This document shows positions 13,781-28,100 of a stretch of DNA of 64,000 nucleotides, piece after piece. The stretch is from assembly GCF_964355755.1 (NCBI RefSeq), contig NC_092673.1, positions 22,503,648 through 22,567,647 on the forward strand, read 5' to 3'. The stretch is from Antedon mediterranea (taxonomy: Eukaryota > Animalia > Echinodermata). The notes under the pieces were generated by a model. That model saw nothing but the letters and a program-made list of their open reading frames with translations. It was not told where the DNA came from and did no database searches. Within the stretch, counting starts at the first letter, position 1. The number at the start of each line of letters is the position of its first letter. The position numbers and the translations under genes are program-made.

Positions 13781-14786
13781 AACTTTTGAATTATGAAACT
13801 TGAATTTGGTTTTTAATATAGCTGTGGTCATTTAGAATAAAATGATCACATATCATAATTATTGTATTGTTATTGTATAACAATTGTATTGTTATTGTAT
13901 GGAATCTTTATTATTATTCTTCTTTATTTCTTAATTCTGTTAAAAAATGTTGTGTATAGCCTAAAACCTTCAAAGTAGTTCAATATCACCAAAACTTTTA
14001 CAATATCTTTCAAAATAATTTATCCTTCATTTTATTTGAAAAACCTATTCTGATAATAAATCTAAAAATTATTAAGATCTGGCCCAATTCATGGATCTAA
14101 AAAATGATTATGATCTGTCCACCACTCAACAATTTTTGAAAGCAAATTAGGCCTGAATATTAAGTTCTAAATAGCAATAAATATTATTTTAAAAATCATA
14201 TTTCTTCAACCATGGTGCACGTAGGACTGAGGTGGTGGACACTTTTACACTTCCACTGAAATCTGCCGAGTGTACTTAGATTATCTTGTTTGATACATTT
14301 TGTTTGGTCTGCTCAACTATTTGAATCCTCATCATAAAATGCTAAGTGGGTCCGGATCGCTTATAGACATGACTTAATTTATCGAATGTTTCATGTTTAC
14401 TGTTCAGTTAATCAATTACAGTATCGAACTACTTAACAACATTCAAGGAGGATCAAAGTTTGCACTGAAGCAGGTGCAGTGTATTTTTACATTAGTATAG
14501 GCCTATCCATTCAGTGCTGCTCATTTGTTAAGTAAGTTTTCGGATTATCTATAGAAATACCTGCTCATGAACAGTAGGCAAATCATTTTTATTTATTACT
14601 TATAGTCATTTTATTGAGTAATGAATTCTTTAGAGTCGGAAAGGTGATTCTGCGAGCCGTGAATATATATTTTTCAAAGCAAGCTTTTTAGATATCAATT
14701 GTCTACTTGCTGCATATTTAGGCCTCTATGAATGTAGAAAGCAGCGCATTTCAAAATTGTTTATAACTAGACTATGTTCTACTAGC

Positions 14787-17700
14787 ATGAGTAAAGGACG
14801 AATGCTGATAGCACTTCTTGCATCTGTGACAGTACACGTGCTTACGACGTCTTATTATTTATTGACAAAGGAAGAGCATCCCGTGGAAGAAAGCCGTTAC
14901 ATGAATTGTAAATGTGACATGTGAGTAATGTATAACAAGTAACTGCCACGTCAGAGATAGAATACCTCACCCAGACGGGCTAAATAATACACACAGACAA
15001 AATTAAAACCAATCTAATTGGTTTAGGGAATGCAAACAAGACACACTAGAAAGTTTCCAACATTTTTGGGAATTATCTTGTAGGTACATGCATTTTTTTC
15101 TCATCTCCCACGGAGATAAGATTACATATTTTTCACATGCGAATTTGTAGCAAAATTAATGATTTTTTTATTTAGAAATGTCACGCAATCCCAACCGTTT
15201 TAGAATGTTTATGTGACCCGAAAACTAGACCAATTTAGATTTCGCCCATGCTGTAGTACCCTTTTAGCAAGACTAATTAGTAACACTAAGTCGGTTTGAG
15301 AACCGGTATTTGTTTAGGCCTGTAAGATTTTGGTGGGTATAGTTCAACCCTGAGAATAAACTACAGAATTTTCTTACAGACTCAATCACCATTCTCCGTC
15401 TCAAAATGAAGTCGTAAAGTGGTATAACAGCAGCTTGTTCCAGAAAAAAAATGTAACCAATGACACCTTCCTTATGACAAATGAAAATCGGTTTCCGCTG
15501 GAGAAGGTAGTCAAACTACTCCAGAAGCCATGGACGCCAAATAAAGCAAATAGAGACAAGTTGTTTATGTAAGACTCTGTCTACACTATCAAACTAGTTT
15601 GACAAAAATGTGTGATATGCTCAAATATGGTAGTAATTTTCCCAAATACGACAGTGATATGACATCAGCATGTCCACATGGGCACATCACATTTTTAAGA
15701 GCTTAACAGAGAGTTTCTACATTTATAAGCCATTCTTCTGAGACTCCCTTTCCTTTATTTTTGTGTTATAGCCTATGTTATTGAATGAAAAGGTACCATA
15801 TTGATTTTGATCTTATTTAGTTAATTTGATATTATTTTTAATTATTATTGTTGTTGCAGTGATAGTTTATCAAAGAAGTTGTTATCTTTTCAATTCGTAA
15901 CAAAGACAACTGTATCTAAAAACCGTAAAGTCCGAATTATCAACTCAAATAAAACAGTTATTTTACCTGGTGACATTTACAAGAATTTGCCAGCTGTAAG
16001 TATGTAGTGCTGGATCCTTAGAAGTTGTGTGGGTGATGTGTCCTGAGAAATAAATTCGCAATTGACAACATACGAGCATAAAACATAACCAAATACATTT
16101 GTGTACACATGTGCTATAGATCTGACAACAAATATGATATCTATTTAACTTGTCAGACATGGCCTACTTGAAGTTGATGGAAAATTAAATTGAAACTTAT
16201 AAAGAAACTCATTCTTCTTCACACAGACACACCAATATAGTGAAAGGCAGTTTAAGACGTGCAGTGTAGTTGGCAGTAGTGGTATCCTCAACGGCAGCTG
16301 CTGTGGTTCTCAAATAGACTCCGCGGATTTCATTGTAAGGTAAACCTAAAATCGCAGAGGAAGATAAATGTTTTTTTAATATTCTTGTAATAAAAAGTTT
16401 GTTGGACGCAACGCAAGAAAGCGCAACGCAACTGTATTTTGACCATTTACAAGAAATGTCGCTTGCGTTGCCTCTACGTTCCTCCTTGCGTCGAGTCCTA
16501 GTGGGAACCAATCTTAACATTGTTACAAAATAAAACCAGCTTTATAGACGGAGAAACGTACTTCACTGCAACTACCGTTGTTACCACAACGTTGCAATGT
16601 GAATGGCCGTTTACTACACAACTTTGCGCAGTAAAATGTCATCACTGTTTTGTACGGTAATTGACAGTACACTCATAATTGCTAACACGACTGTACATAT
16701 TAATACTTTTTTTAAATGCAATATTTTATTTCTATAGATTTAATACGCCGCATTTAAACGGTTTTACGAAAGATGTGGGTTCTCACACGAATTTAGTAAC
16801 TATTAACCCATCACAAATAAGTTTACAGTAAGTCAGATATTTACATGCACGCTTTTAAGCGTGGTTTCCACTAGAAAAAGAAAATGCACCTTGTTTTTGT
16901 AGTCTTACATGAACAATTTAAAACATATGCTGTTGTTAGTGTTATAAACGTCACCCATATAAAGGAAATCAAAATCGAATAAGCAGTGAAAGTTAAATCA
17001 CAGGGGCCTACAGATAGTGTACCCGGGCCTGCCGTATGATAAAAGAAGAATGCGCTGCATTGAAAATTGGGTAGTATTTATAGACCTTATTAGTTCGTTA
17101 GTTGGTTCAGTTTGTGCTGTAGGGCCTATTCCTCAGCCTCTTTTTATTTTCAAAAACATCATAAATCTTTTTATATTAATTTAGGTATAATGAACTACAA
17201 AACAAGAAAGATAAATCAAAGTTTATCGCTTATATTAAGCAATATCAAAGTTACTTATGGATTTCTGGATTCACCTCCCTAAAGAGTTTTGAGTACACCA
17301 AGCTGGCCATGCGTACTATCAGAAGAAGTGACATGAAGCTAAAGATACTATTATTAGGCCATCCAACACACTGGTATGCGATGAGCAAGTTCTTGTCTAA
17401 TCGAGGCCTTAATGCTTCATATGCATCAACTGGTTAGTGTTTTTTTATGTGATTTGTTTTAAACTGAACTCTAAGTAAGTTCAACAATCAAGTCTATTAG
17501 ATATGGCATTGGCAGCCAAAACACAAACAGTATAGTAATGTGTGGCCACACGACGACAGCATTTGTGCAAAACGGCTCTTGTCGCGTAAAATAACTAAAC
17601 TTTGAGGACGGAATGATTTTGTAATTGTTGCAAAGTTTCTATTGTTGAGCTCCAGATATTTTGCTTTTCTTCCTGTCTCTTGTAATATTTATATTGATTG

Positions 17701-18035
17701 ACTGTTTTGAATTGAAAAAAAAACCCGTAAAATAGTAGGCCTATTTCAAACAAATTTTATTGCATGCGAACTGTAAAATATTTATGTAATTGTTTATAGG
17801 TGCATATTGGCTTAGTTCAGCATTGACGATGTGTGATAAAGTAAATCTTTATGGATTTTGGCCGTTCAGCACTGACCAGAATGGAAAGCCACTAAATTAC
17901 CATTATTATGAAAATAGTGCACCGCTTGTAGAGAAGATTATTAAAGTGCATCGCTTCGATCAAGAATTTTCTATTATCATAGACTTACATATGAAAGGAA
18001 TTATACAATTACATGTCGATAAATGTAAATGTTGA
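14787..18035 (+). CDS. Alpha-2,8-sialyltransferase (ST8Sia family, GT29), ~381 aa type II membrane protein
   Basis: Exons 14787-14920 ([26 protein letters not shown] signal anchor), 15380-15568, 15860-15995, 16227-16339 (sialylmotif L: [27 protein letters not shown]), 16738-16827 (FN...[15 protein letters not shown]), 17185-17432 (...STG), 17800-18035 (motif S ...[12 protein letters not shown], motif III HYYE, motif VS HRFDQE, C-terminal LHVDKCKC). Phases join into one open frame of 1146 nt. Confidence 0.92.
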
Positions 18036-18887
18036 ACATATTTCATTTGATAATGAATATGGGTAAAATCAAACGTTAAATAAGTAATGTCGTAGTTAGT
18101 AAAGTTATTCACCTCTTATTTATTTTTATTTATTTAACAACATCTTTATACAGGATTACACGATCAGGTTAAAAAAACAAATGAGATCAATATCTAGCTT
18201 TAAATAATGAAGCAATTGATGCGAAATATTTAATCTCAGTTGGTAGCTTATTCCATATTTGTAACCAAAAACCTTAGACTTCCAGACAATTTGACATTTT
18301 AAAATAGACAACATTTAATTTAGTATTATTATGACGGTTGAACGAAGTGGGAAGACGGTTTTGTATACTCTTCACTTTAAGTAAATGATATTTTCATGAG
18401 TTTTCAAGTTTTTAAAAGTGTCATAATCATCTAGAAAAACAAATTAAGATCTATGATATCGGAATATGCACTTTATACGGCAGCTTATTCTCACCCTATG
18501 CAATTATCTTTTTTTAAGTATATATACATGTATAGTATATATAATAGGGCCTATTCATTCCAAGCATTATCCGAATATAGTCGATTTCCAATATTCAAAT
18601 ATCAATTCAATGCCTCAGCCCAACCAGCCACCTCACTTCCAAAATCTTTAAATGTGTGTATGCTTTACGATTAACGTACAATAAATAAAAGTATTAATTA
18701 TTTGTATTAATATATTATGATTAATTTTAATTATGAGCACTATTAATCATACAAGTAAATAAATAAATAAATTGTTTTATAGATTTATTAATGTTTATTT
18801 CCCAAAAAGGGCAGGCTTCATATTGTAGGATTTTTTTTTGGACACAAGATGTACAAAATTTACAATCAAGACATTATAGTCTGTTAA

Positions 18888-19015
18888 AGCTCGGTCTACC
18901 CTACCAAATGTTATGTGACAAAAAAATGTAATGTGTCCATATTTGAACATGATGATGTCATATCATTACCAGATTTTGTTTTTGTCAAACTAATTTGATA
19001 GTGTGGACAGAGCCT
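18888..19015. mobile_element. Harbinger-like MITE family A copy
   Basis: agctcggtctacccta ... tttgatagtgtggacagagc. Confidence 0.65.
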
Positions 19016-22000
19016 AAGACTATTTATATTACATAAGCAAAATCAAAGATCATCACACAATCTACATGTTCAATAACATAACTACTGTATTAAGTTGCCT
19101 ATTTGACTATGGTAAAAAAGATAGTCTATATATTCTATAGGCTAAATTAACATCATGGCAAATATTTTAATTTAAAAATCACAATCAAAATAATTAAAAC
19201 ATTTATACAATATTATAATTTGTACAATTTCTATATTACGATTTTAGGCATGATTTGGATTCTTTTTCCACAATTTATTTATTTTCTACATTTACATTCT
19301 CACTATACACTAATTATACAAATTATTATCAAACATTAACACAATCGTATCTCTATTTTATCAGGTATATTTGCACAGTCCCGATAGACGGAGCCGAAGG
19401 CACCAATTATCAATCTGAGAATAATATATAAATCTCTATGATAAAATTTACTTGAAAATATCAAGTTTTTATATTTATATTTTAAATATCTATATACAAT
19501 AGGAAACATTTTCTCCAGTGTAGCATCTATCAAGGGCAATATCTGCATAAACAGACAACACCATATAGATAATATACCCGATAAAAAACAATCGCATATT
19601 TTTAATAAAAGTTTACATACTAATTGTTGGTTTGGAAAAAACAACATTTCTAATAATGTCCCCTATAGTTTGTGTGTGATATGTTTCTACGAAAATGTCT
19701 GAGTTCATTGTTCTTAAGCTCTGTCTACACTACAACATTATTAGTTTATTTTTTTATACTGGGTACCCATATACATGGTAGTGATATGATATCATCATGT
19801 CCATATATGGGCACATCACTTCTTTTTTTTCACAGACAGTACTTTATATAATGAAATTATCAAATAAAAATGGATTTAAAAACAGTAATAGGGAGATTTC
19901 AATTTGAGATGACCAATGACTAAACTAGGTCAGGTCAATCGATGTGTTGTCGGTCATTGTCAGGTTCTAGAAATCACCAAAACTTTGTCAAAGTGACCTG
20001 AAGCGAGGGAACAAGTCCCACTGTCTTCACACTTTGGTTTTCTGTTGTACGTTGCAAATCAAAAGCTCTGTAATATATCCTTACAGATTATCGATCTTAA
20101 AGATTACTATTTTTTCTTGCGATCAACACACTACTTAACTCCTTGCGGTTACAGCACTGAATGTCGCTAAAACAATTCTTAAGAATTTCTGTTCCTTTAA
20201 GAATTGAAAAAACATAATTAAGTATGAATGATACTACTTGAACAACACCTACATGTTGACATATCTATAGAACTAACTAACTATTAAAGAACAATTTGTT
20301 TAATTAAGAAATAATTATTAGGAGTATCAGCAGACCTATGATAAAATAGGTCATTTGCACAATAATACATCACCATGGAAACTAATGCAGAATCCATAGT
20401 AATACCGACATCATAAACACAACAACTATTTTATCATCACAGAATTTTCAGTGGGTGGAAAATTAAGATATTAATGAGAGTTACAATACCGGTATCAAAA
20501 ACAAAGAATAATTATGGATATAATAATTATTAAGAATAAATATAACTGGATGGAAAACATGATATGATTAAATATATGTCAGAATTACACAAAATACTGA
20601 TAAAGTACTGTAAATGTTTTTAAAATAGCCACATTATAATTATTTTCTTTAATTTCTATTAAAATCAATGAGTTTCATTTATTTGGTAATTCTATTAGCG
20701 CCTAAGAAATTACTTTTATGCGACATACAGTATTCAAAATATGCCAAATGTGACCCGTAGAAAATGTTGATACCAAAACATTTCTGGTTTTCAGAGATTA
20801 TTGTTTCAGGAAAATTACTGTACTCTACTTGTACAATATATTCATAAAATATTCAGCCTTACTTTTACTGTTTAGCATTTTTTTTTTATATATAGAACAA
20901 ATACCATAACAACTGTGCATTATGTTGGTTTTATATAAAAAATCTTTCATGTTTCATAAAATGATATTAGAAAATTACATATTTCTAAACACACTGTACC
21001 TGTATCTCTAAGAAATTAGACTATACCCTGTAAAATCATTAAGTATTTTCTAAAAAAAGTTTATTTTTAATAAATATAAAAAGAGTTCGAAAGATTGTAA
21101 ATATAAAACTGACTAGCCACATCAAATAGTCTAATGGTATGCTTATGTGACCTTTAAACTGAAAGAAAATTCAACTCAACTGAAAGGTACTAGTTTTTGT
21201 GCAAGAGCGTTTTATGGTGGCGCTTATGTCGACTTTCGAGCACTGAACGGAACTGATTGCTACTAGTTGCGGTTAACAATACCTCATGTGTGACAAGCTT
21301 CAAACTTTTCAGTTTCATAAAAGTAGAACATGATCAACACAACTCAACTGCGATTATGACATATTTTGTGCGATAACTATGGTCAGTTGCTCAGAGCATT
21401 ATGTCGACACAGCTGAGCTGCATTGAGTCCAATGTAAAATAAGCCCATTTTACATTTTACATCTTCATACACTGTAACAAATAAGTACACTAACTAGTAA
21501 ATGACTGTTCGATAATGTTTACCTATCATCTAAACTTTGTATAGAATCTAGTAAGAGATTATATATATATATAATACTAAAGTTGGAATCATTGCCCGAT
21601 TCATTATGAAGTCACAACTGAAACAAATGGTATATTTATGCTGAATATCCTCCATCCAAAACTTGTTTTATGATTCTTCTGCGAATCTCATCATAAAAAC
21701 AACAATGTTTGCCAGAGTACATTTGAATTTAAAGGTTTGAACATTGTCCCATTGTTTAACTAAATTTTCTTCATTGTAGTGTTTAACATAAACTGGCAAA
21801 TCTGGTAGTTTAACATCGCAAAGCAAACTAAATGGCATTCAGAGTGTAGAAAGCATTCTCTGGTACGGCAGTAAAACAAATGACTTGAAGGTACCTGCAC
21901 GTGTCTTGTAAGGAGTGTACAGAATTTTAACATGGTCTATGTTGATGATGAGGAAGAAGACCAATGAACTGTATTTCAAGGAGAGGGGCATCTTGGATCT

Positions 22001-22114
22001 TGCACATGTCCTATTAACATATCTTCTATAAACACAGTATGAGTCAAACTCACATCTTCTTGTTGCAGACACTTTACACATTATGTAATTATCCTTCTAT
22101 AAATACTGCCTTCA

Positions 22115-25100
22115 TCAGCTTCTAGCGGACAGTGGAAGAATTTTAATTATCAGTCTCTCATTTTCTAAAATGATATCATAGACAGCATCAATTGATTTAC
22201 CGGAAACCGCAACATCGTTTATCGATAGTATTTCATCTCCTACATGAATTAAACCAAGCAAGATTTTCTCTGGATGGCCATCACTTAATCTTGTGACAAA
22301 AACACCTGAAAAATCAAAGTTAAAACGTTAATAACAAGATACAGAGCGTTGCAAACTCCAGAACGGGTAAAATGAGAAAACGGATCAAGAATTGTGATTC
22401 AAGTCCGAATCCTGTAAAAAATTAAACAAAAACAGACAAATAAACCAACATATTGGTAGAGGTGATAAATACAATGAAGAACACCAGAGAGGATTTGAAC
22501 CAAAGACATGGGATTGGTAGGATGGATAAACTATTTTATATTGTATCGTGCTTATAAACTAAGTCTCATTTGAGGCTTAGAGAGTGGAGTTGAAAAACTT
22601 ACACTAGGTCAAGATTGAACCCTGGACCTTGGGATTGGAGACAAGCATGTTAACCATCAAGCAACAGCTCAACTACATAATATTGTTAACTGTTCTTACC
22701 AGCTTCAGAATTACATTTTCCTTTTGCTATATAGAATCCAAACGGTCCACTTGGCGGTTTTACCAGCTCAATTACTTGGGTACCATCTTCATTAAGTTGT
22801 AATAAACGCCCAACCTTTCGTAAATGAGTGGGGACCGTGACATCTGTCTCAAAGGTTGATCGTCGCGGTCGGGTATAACTTGAGGTAGATGAAAAACTTG
22901 TGACACTACCAGACCTAAAGATTGTAAGTCAGAAAAAAATACATTAAACAATAATTTGTATAGATTTACTGGATTTTACAATATAATACAGTTCAAAATC
23001 CTTGTAGCATATGATATAATAATAGTCATTTATATGAAAAGGCAAATTCCTGAAGAAAATGTTGTGTACGATAGTAGCTGGAACTAAGTAAGCAAACAGC
23101 TATCAAATCTAGTTCTTATACAAGAAGACTTGTTCAAGCACTAGAACCATGTAGAAGGATAGCCATTAAGCAACGAAGGGGCTAATGGGTGTAGTGATTG
23201 ACCTTTGACTAACTCGTATTCCTGACATTGAGGATAGGACACCTTAGTCATGGGCAACCTTAGACTTGTATTGCTAGATATCTCTGTGCAATTTATGTTT
23301 GTATGTTAGGTAAGGTAGGTAAGTAGGATAAAAAGAATGCGTTCTGAAAGAAGTAGTCTACAGATATATAATTCATCTACTGTACACATCAGACACAGAT
23401 GGTTGTCAGCCATCAGTAAATGGTAGCAGAATTTAAACATGGCAAACATCAAAATGTGCATGATCTAATTAGAATACATTAAAATAAAACTAATTGACAC
23501 CCTGAATATAATTTAAGACACTTCATGGACTATACCATTTGTGGAGAGGGATGTTTTTACGAACATTTCTACTTTTTGAGTCATATCTCTATTGTCGGTT
23601 TATCCAGGTAAGCTAGGCAAGAAATAGACTGGAACTGACCTTTCTCTGGAGAATACATCACTACTTGAAGCTGACCTTTTAAACTTCTTTCCAATAGATG
23701 TTGTTATTGATCTAAGTGAAGGTGATTTTCTCATCTGAAATAAGCACATAGAGATAATAAAATCAAAGTAATGTTATAAAATAGCATCCTTATTATATAG
23801 AGCTTGTTATCACAATGGCCTTGCTGTTAACACTTTCACCGCCAGGCATTCAATAAAGGAAGTACCCCTCACCGCCAGCCATTTTAGATAAATTTACCTG
23901 TTTTTCAAAGCTCATAGCAAAGGTGTTTGTAATCAGAATAACATGCAATATACACTCAAATAATGAGATAGAAATAAACTTTCCAATGGCACAAACACTT
24001 TATTGAAATAAAACTGTAATACCACATAATTGTACAAAGAACTTGGCTCACTTTTAGCACTTTAGGCTCAATCGGAGAACAAAGCAGAGATAATGAGGTT
24101 TTTAGCCTGGCTGCACTGTCTGTCAGTGTCACGTTTCTCAACCTATTCTACAAACTAGCCTAGGCTAGGCTAGCTAAATTATCTCCAATTATTTATTACA
24201 TTTTATAAACCAGATTTAGGTACAAATATACCTTCATCATCTGGGGATAATAAATACTCATTTTCAGAGTCAGAGTCGGCAAATATTTCTGCAATTGCTT
24301 CGTCTGCAGTAAAGCACATTATGTTGTTGGATACGAATAGGACGCGATGTAGGCCAGCTGGGTTAATGGCACTAGGGGTTAATAAAGTATCAAAATATTT
24401 ACAGTCCAGATCGATTTGGATGTTGAAATTTCTCCATGCGGTCCATATATACCTGATCTAACAAATTGTGCAATAAAAAGTCAAAGACGAAAATTTCCGT
24501 CTTTGGCGGTCTGGCGCTAGGCATCGAAAGACGGAGATTTCCGTCTTTGGCGGTGAAAGTGTTAAGGCAGATACGCTGTAATGCAAAGCTGGAAAAGGTG
24601 TGTGGGAGGGAGTTTTGGTTAGCAACATAAGGTATGGTTCTAAAAGTTCTCCGTACACTATTTTCCTATGTGCACAACTGTCATTGTAGGCTACGCAGTG
24701 TACCGCAAATGGCAAAGGCCCATGGTTTAGCACTCTAAGGAGCCCTCCAACGCTGGTTAGTTGCGTTAGGCCGCTCATGCTCCGAGTAGGTTTAGCCAGT
24801 AAGCACCCCAGACCTAGTTCACATTGACCCTGCCAAGAAAATGACTTGACCCTTTGGAGAGGAGCATTTTATTGAAAATGATTGAATCCACCTACTGTAT
24901 AAGTCAATTGAAAAATATAAATTTAAAAATCAATAATTATTATACATATTGGTTTAAAATTTATTACTAATACAGTTAGTATTAAATGGTGTCACCTTAC
25001 CTTAGGTGGTTCATCTACTGTATTGGGTTTATCAAGACGATCTAAACTCAAGGCTCTTCGCATCGATGAGAACTTCTTCTTGGTAGCACGTCCTAAACTG

Positions 25101-28100
25101 GACACCTTCTCCGAGAGAGAAGCACGTGAAGCAAGTGAAGAACGAGAACCGCTCAAATTACTCTGACGACTTAAGTCACTATGGAGATAAAAAAATGTTA
25201 ACCTGATTAAAATATTTTCTTTCACTTCTTTTTTCAACATACACCTATTATAATTTTACAAGGATAGGAGGTGCCTGAGAAGGCTGAGATTCAAATCCAT
25301 TAGTTGGAACTCTGGTTAGCAACGATTACAGTACTGCATTACAGAGTACACTTACATTTTTTCCCTTTTCTTGATCTTATTTTCATAGCACTTCAAAAGT
25401 TTTCCACTAACCATTATTATTTTGTTTATTATTCAATATATTTAATTTTAAAGTTAGAATCCCATCAACAGAGTAGTAGTATTATTTTTCTAGTAAAAAT
25501 AATATTCATACATATAGCTCTATACAGTATAATGCTATAAAAAAACAAAAGAAATACAGATGCTCTAAAGCACCTAATCCCATATCGCCTGTAACCATTA
25601 CTATTAACTTAATGGAAATAATACCAAATGTATAGCAATTAACATGATGTCTAGTGGCTATTAAATTACCATTTATACATTAGTAAGTAGAACATTTCTG
25701 TACAGTAATGTCTGTAAGGCATAACAAACTACAAGAAAATATTGTCAAATAATATTCAAAGGATTCATTCTCTAGATCACCAAAATAAGAATTAGTTATA
25801 TTGGATCTGCACACCCTGTACATTCTGCATAACTACCCACTTGAAAATTACTCTCCAGAAAACTATCCTATTAAGTCTATGAGTTATTAAATACCAGTTT
25901 CAATGTGATAGAACATACATTTATATATATATAGCTACAAAGTGATAACCAATTTAAAATTGTGTCTTTCCAACATACATGTTAAATAAAACACTATTGT
26001 AAGTGAGATATTGCAAGCAAATAATAATGTATTTATAAGGTAACATCTTCCAGAAAAAAAGTAGCAGAACAAATTTGTTATCTGATAGGACAGTGATTAA
26101 TTCACTATTGGTAATCCTTGGCCACATTGCCTAAAGACATAAAATAATAAATAAATAAATAAACTGAAAAGTGAAAACAAAAAAAATTATATCATACAAT
26201 TTTCATTAAAAAATTACTACAAATAGTATTAGCATTCAATCTGCTGATAATTAGAAATTTATGAAATTTGAACTTAAAACCTACAAATAATTCAAGTTTA
26301 TCAGTTAGTGAGTTCCATGTTTTTGGACTTGAAGTTATCATGCTTGCCAACTCCAGCAATTCATAAATATAATCAGATTTGTTTCTGGTTTAAAATTATG
26401 AACTGAAATAAAAGTTTGACAATATATATCATATCAATTAATTAGATTATTTCTGATTTTGTTTTGTTACTTTTTTAAAAAATTATGGTGTTTTTTTTTA
26501 TGGCATTAGAAATCTTAATTCAAATTTTAAGTATATCATAAAATATTTAAATAGCTTTTCCAACTAATTTCTGATAGTATGACCTTGTGTCTACTTTCAT
26601 TATAATTGTACTATCAATTTTAAACTTTATATGACCCTAACTTAAAATTAGAAATATGAACACAACAGTCGGCGCTTCTGTACTACATTTATCTTCAGGC
26701 AATAATGAAGATCAAACAATTACTATACTCTTTCTAGTTATTTTAACTATTTATAAATTAACTGTTTGTATCATTCCAAAATACAAAATATCATATAACC
26801 ACAGTGAATGTTGTGTGAAAATGAACATTGTATCATGTTTAGATAAAAAAGTAAAGAAACAACAATGATGATGAATATTATGATTTAAAGATGACGATAA
26901 CAACCAATGATGATGAATATTATGATTTAAAGATGACGATAACAACAATGATGATGAATATTATGATTTAAAGATGATAATAATAACCAATGATGATAAT
27001 AATATGATAACGACGATGATGATGATGATGAATATTATGATTTAAAGATGATAATAACAACCAATGATGATGAATATTATGATGAATAATATGATTTAAA
27101 GATGATAATAACAACCAATGATGATAATAATATGATAATGACGATGATGATAATGATTATGAGTTGATGGTGACAATGATAATGATGATGATAATGAGGT
27201 GATGACAATGATGATGAAATGATGATGATAATGAGATGATGATAATAATGATGATGAGATAATGATGAACAACAGTCCTCAGTAATGGTCATATATATAT
27301 TTGTAGTAAAAATGTAACTTTATTAAAGTACACTATGACACAAACAAAGTTGATTCCCACTAAAGAAAAAACAATTATGATTAAAGATGATATAATGATG
27401 ATGATGAGACAATTATAATTGACAACAGCAATAATGACAGTGATTATATCATGGTTAGATAAAAATGTAATTTCTAGAATAAAAGTAATTTCCTTTTCTT
27501 TTAAAACAGCTAAAAATTGAAAAACTTAAATAATAAATTGTGGTATAATAATGCCTCTATAAAATAAATGTATTCCAATATGGATATTACTTAAGAATAA
27601 AACAAAAAGCAGCACAAACTAGCATGAGAAATTTACAATAAAATAAAAATCTCAACATCTGAATAAATTATATGCATACTCCAAGTAAAAGACGACGTCA
27701 CAGCCGGCCGGCATTTCTAAGACACGTCTGACGACCATCATTCAGAAATGCTGCACATTATTAACCTACTTTATAAAAAATAATTACGATACCTAAGCAC
27801 AGACCGATAACGAATCCTTAAAGTCCTCCTGACGTCTCTCGTATTTCTCTGTATAAGCTCCATCATATTAAATATGATGATAAAATACAATGAGGGAACA
27901 TAAAAACATATGTCTACGCTATATACAACATTGTTGACACCTCGGGTACAGCAAAACCATATGCATCTGTTTTCCGCCCCTTTCTTTTGATGAATAAAAA
28001 TTCAGGAAAACCTGTCTACTGATCAATATATAAACAGTGGAGGTATTATCAAGCTGAAATTACCATGCTCATGGATATTCATGAGCCTGTACAATACAAG

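Noticed and set aside
26751-27292. His/Ile-rich ORFs
   Set aside because: Translation of (ATG)n microsatellite.
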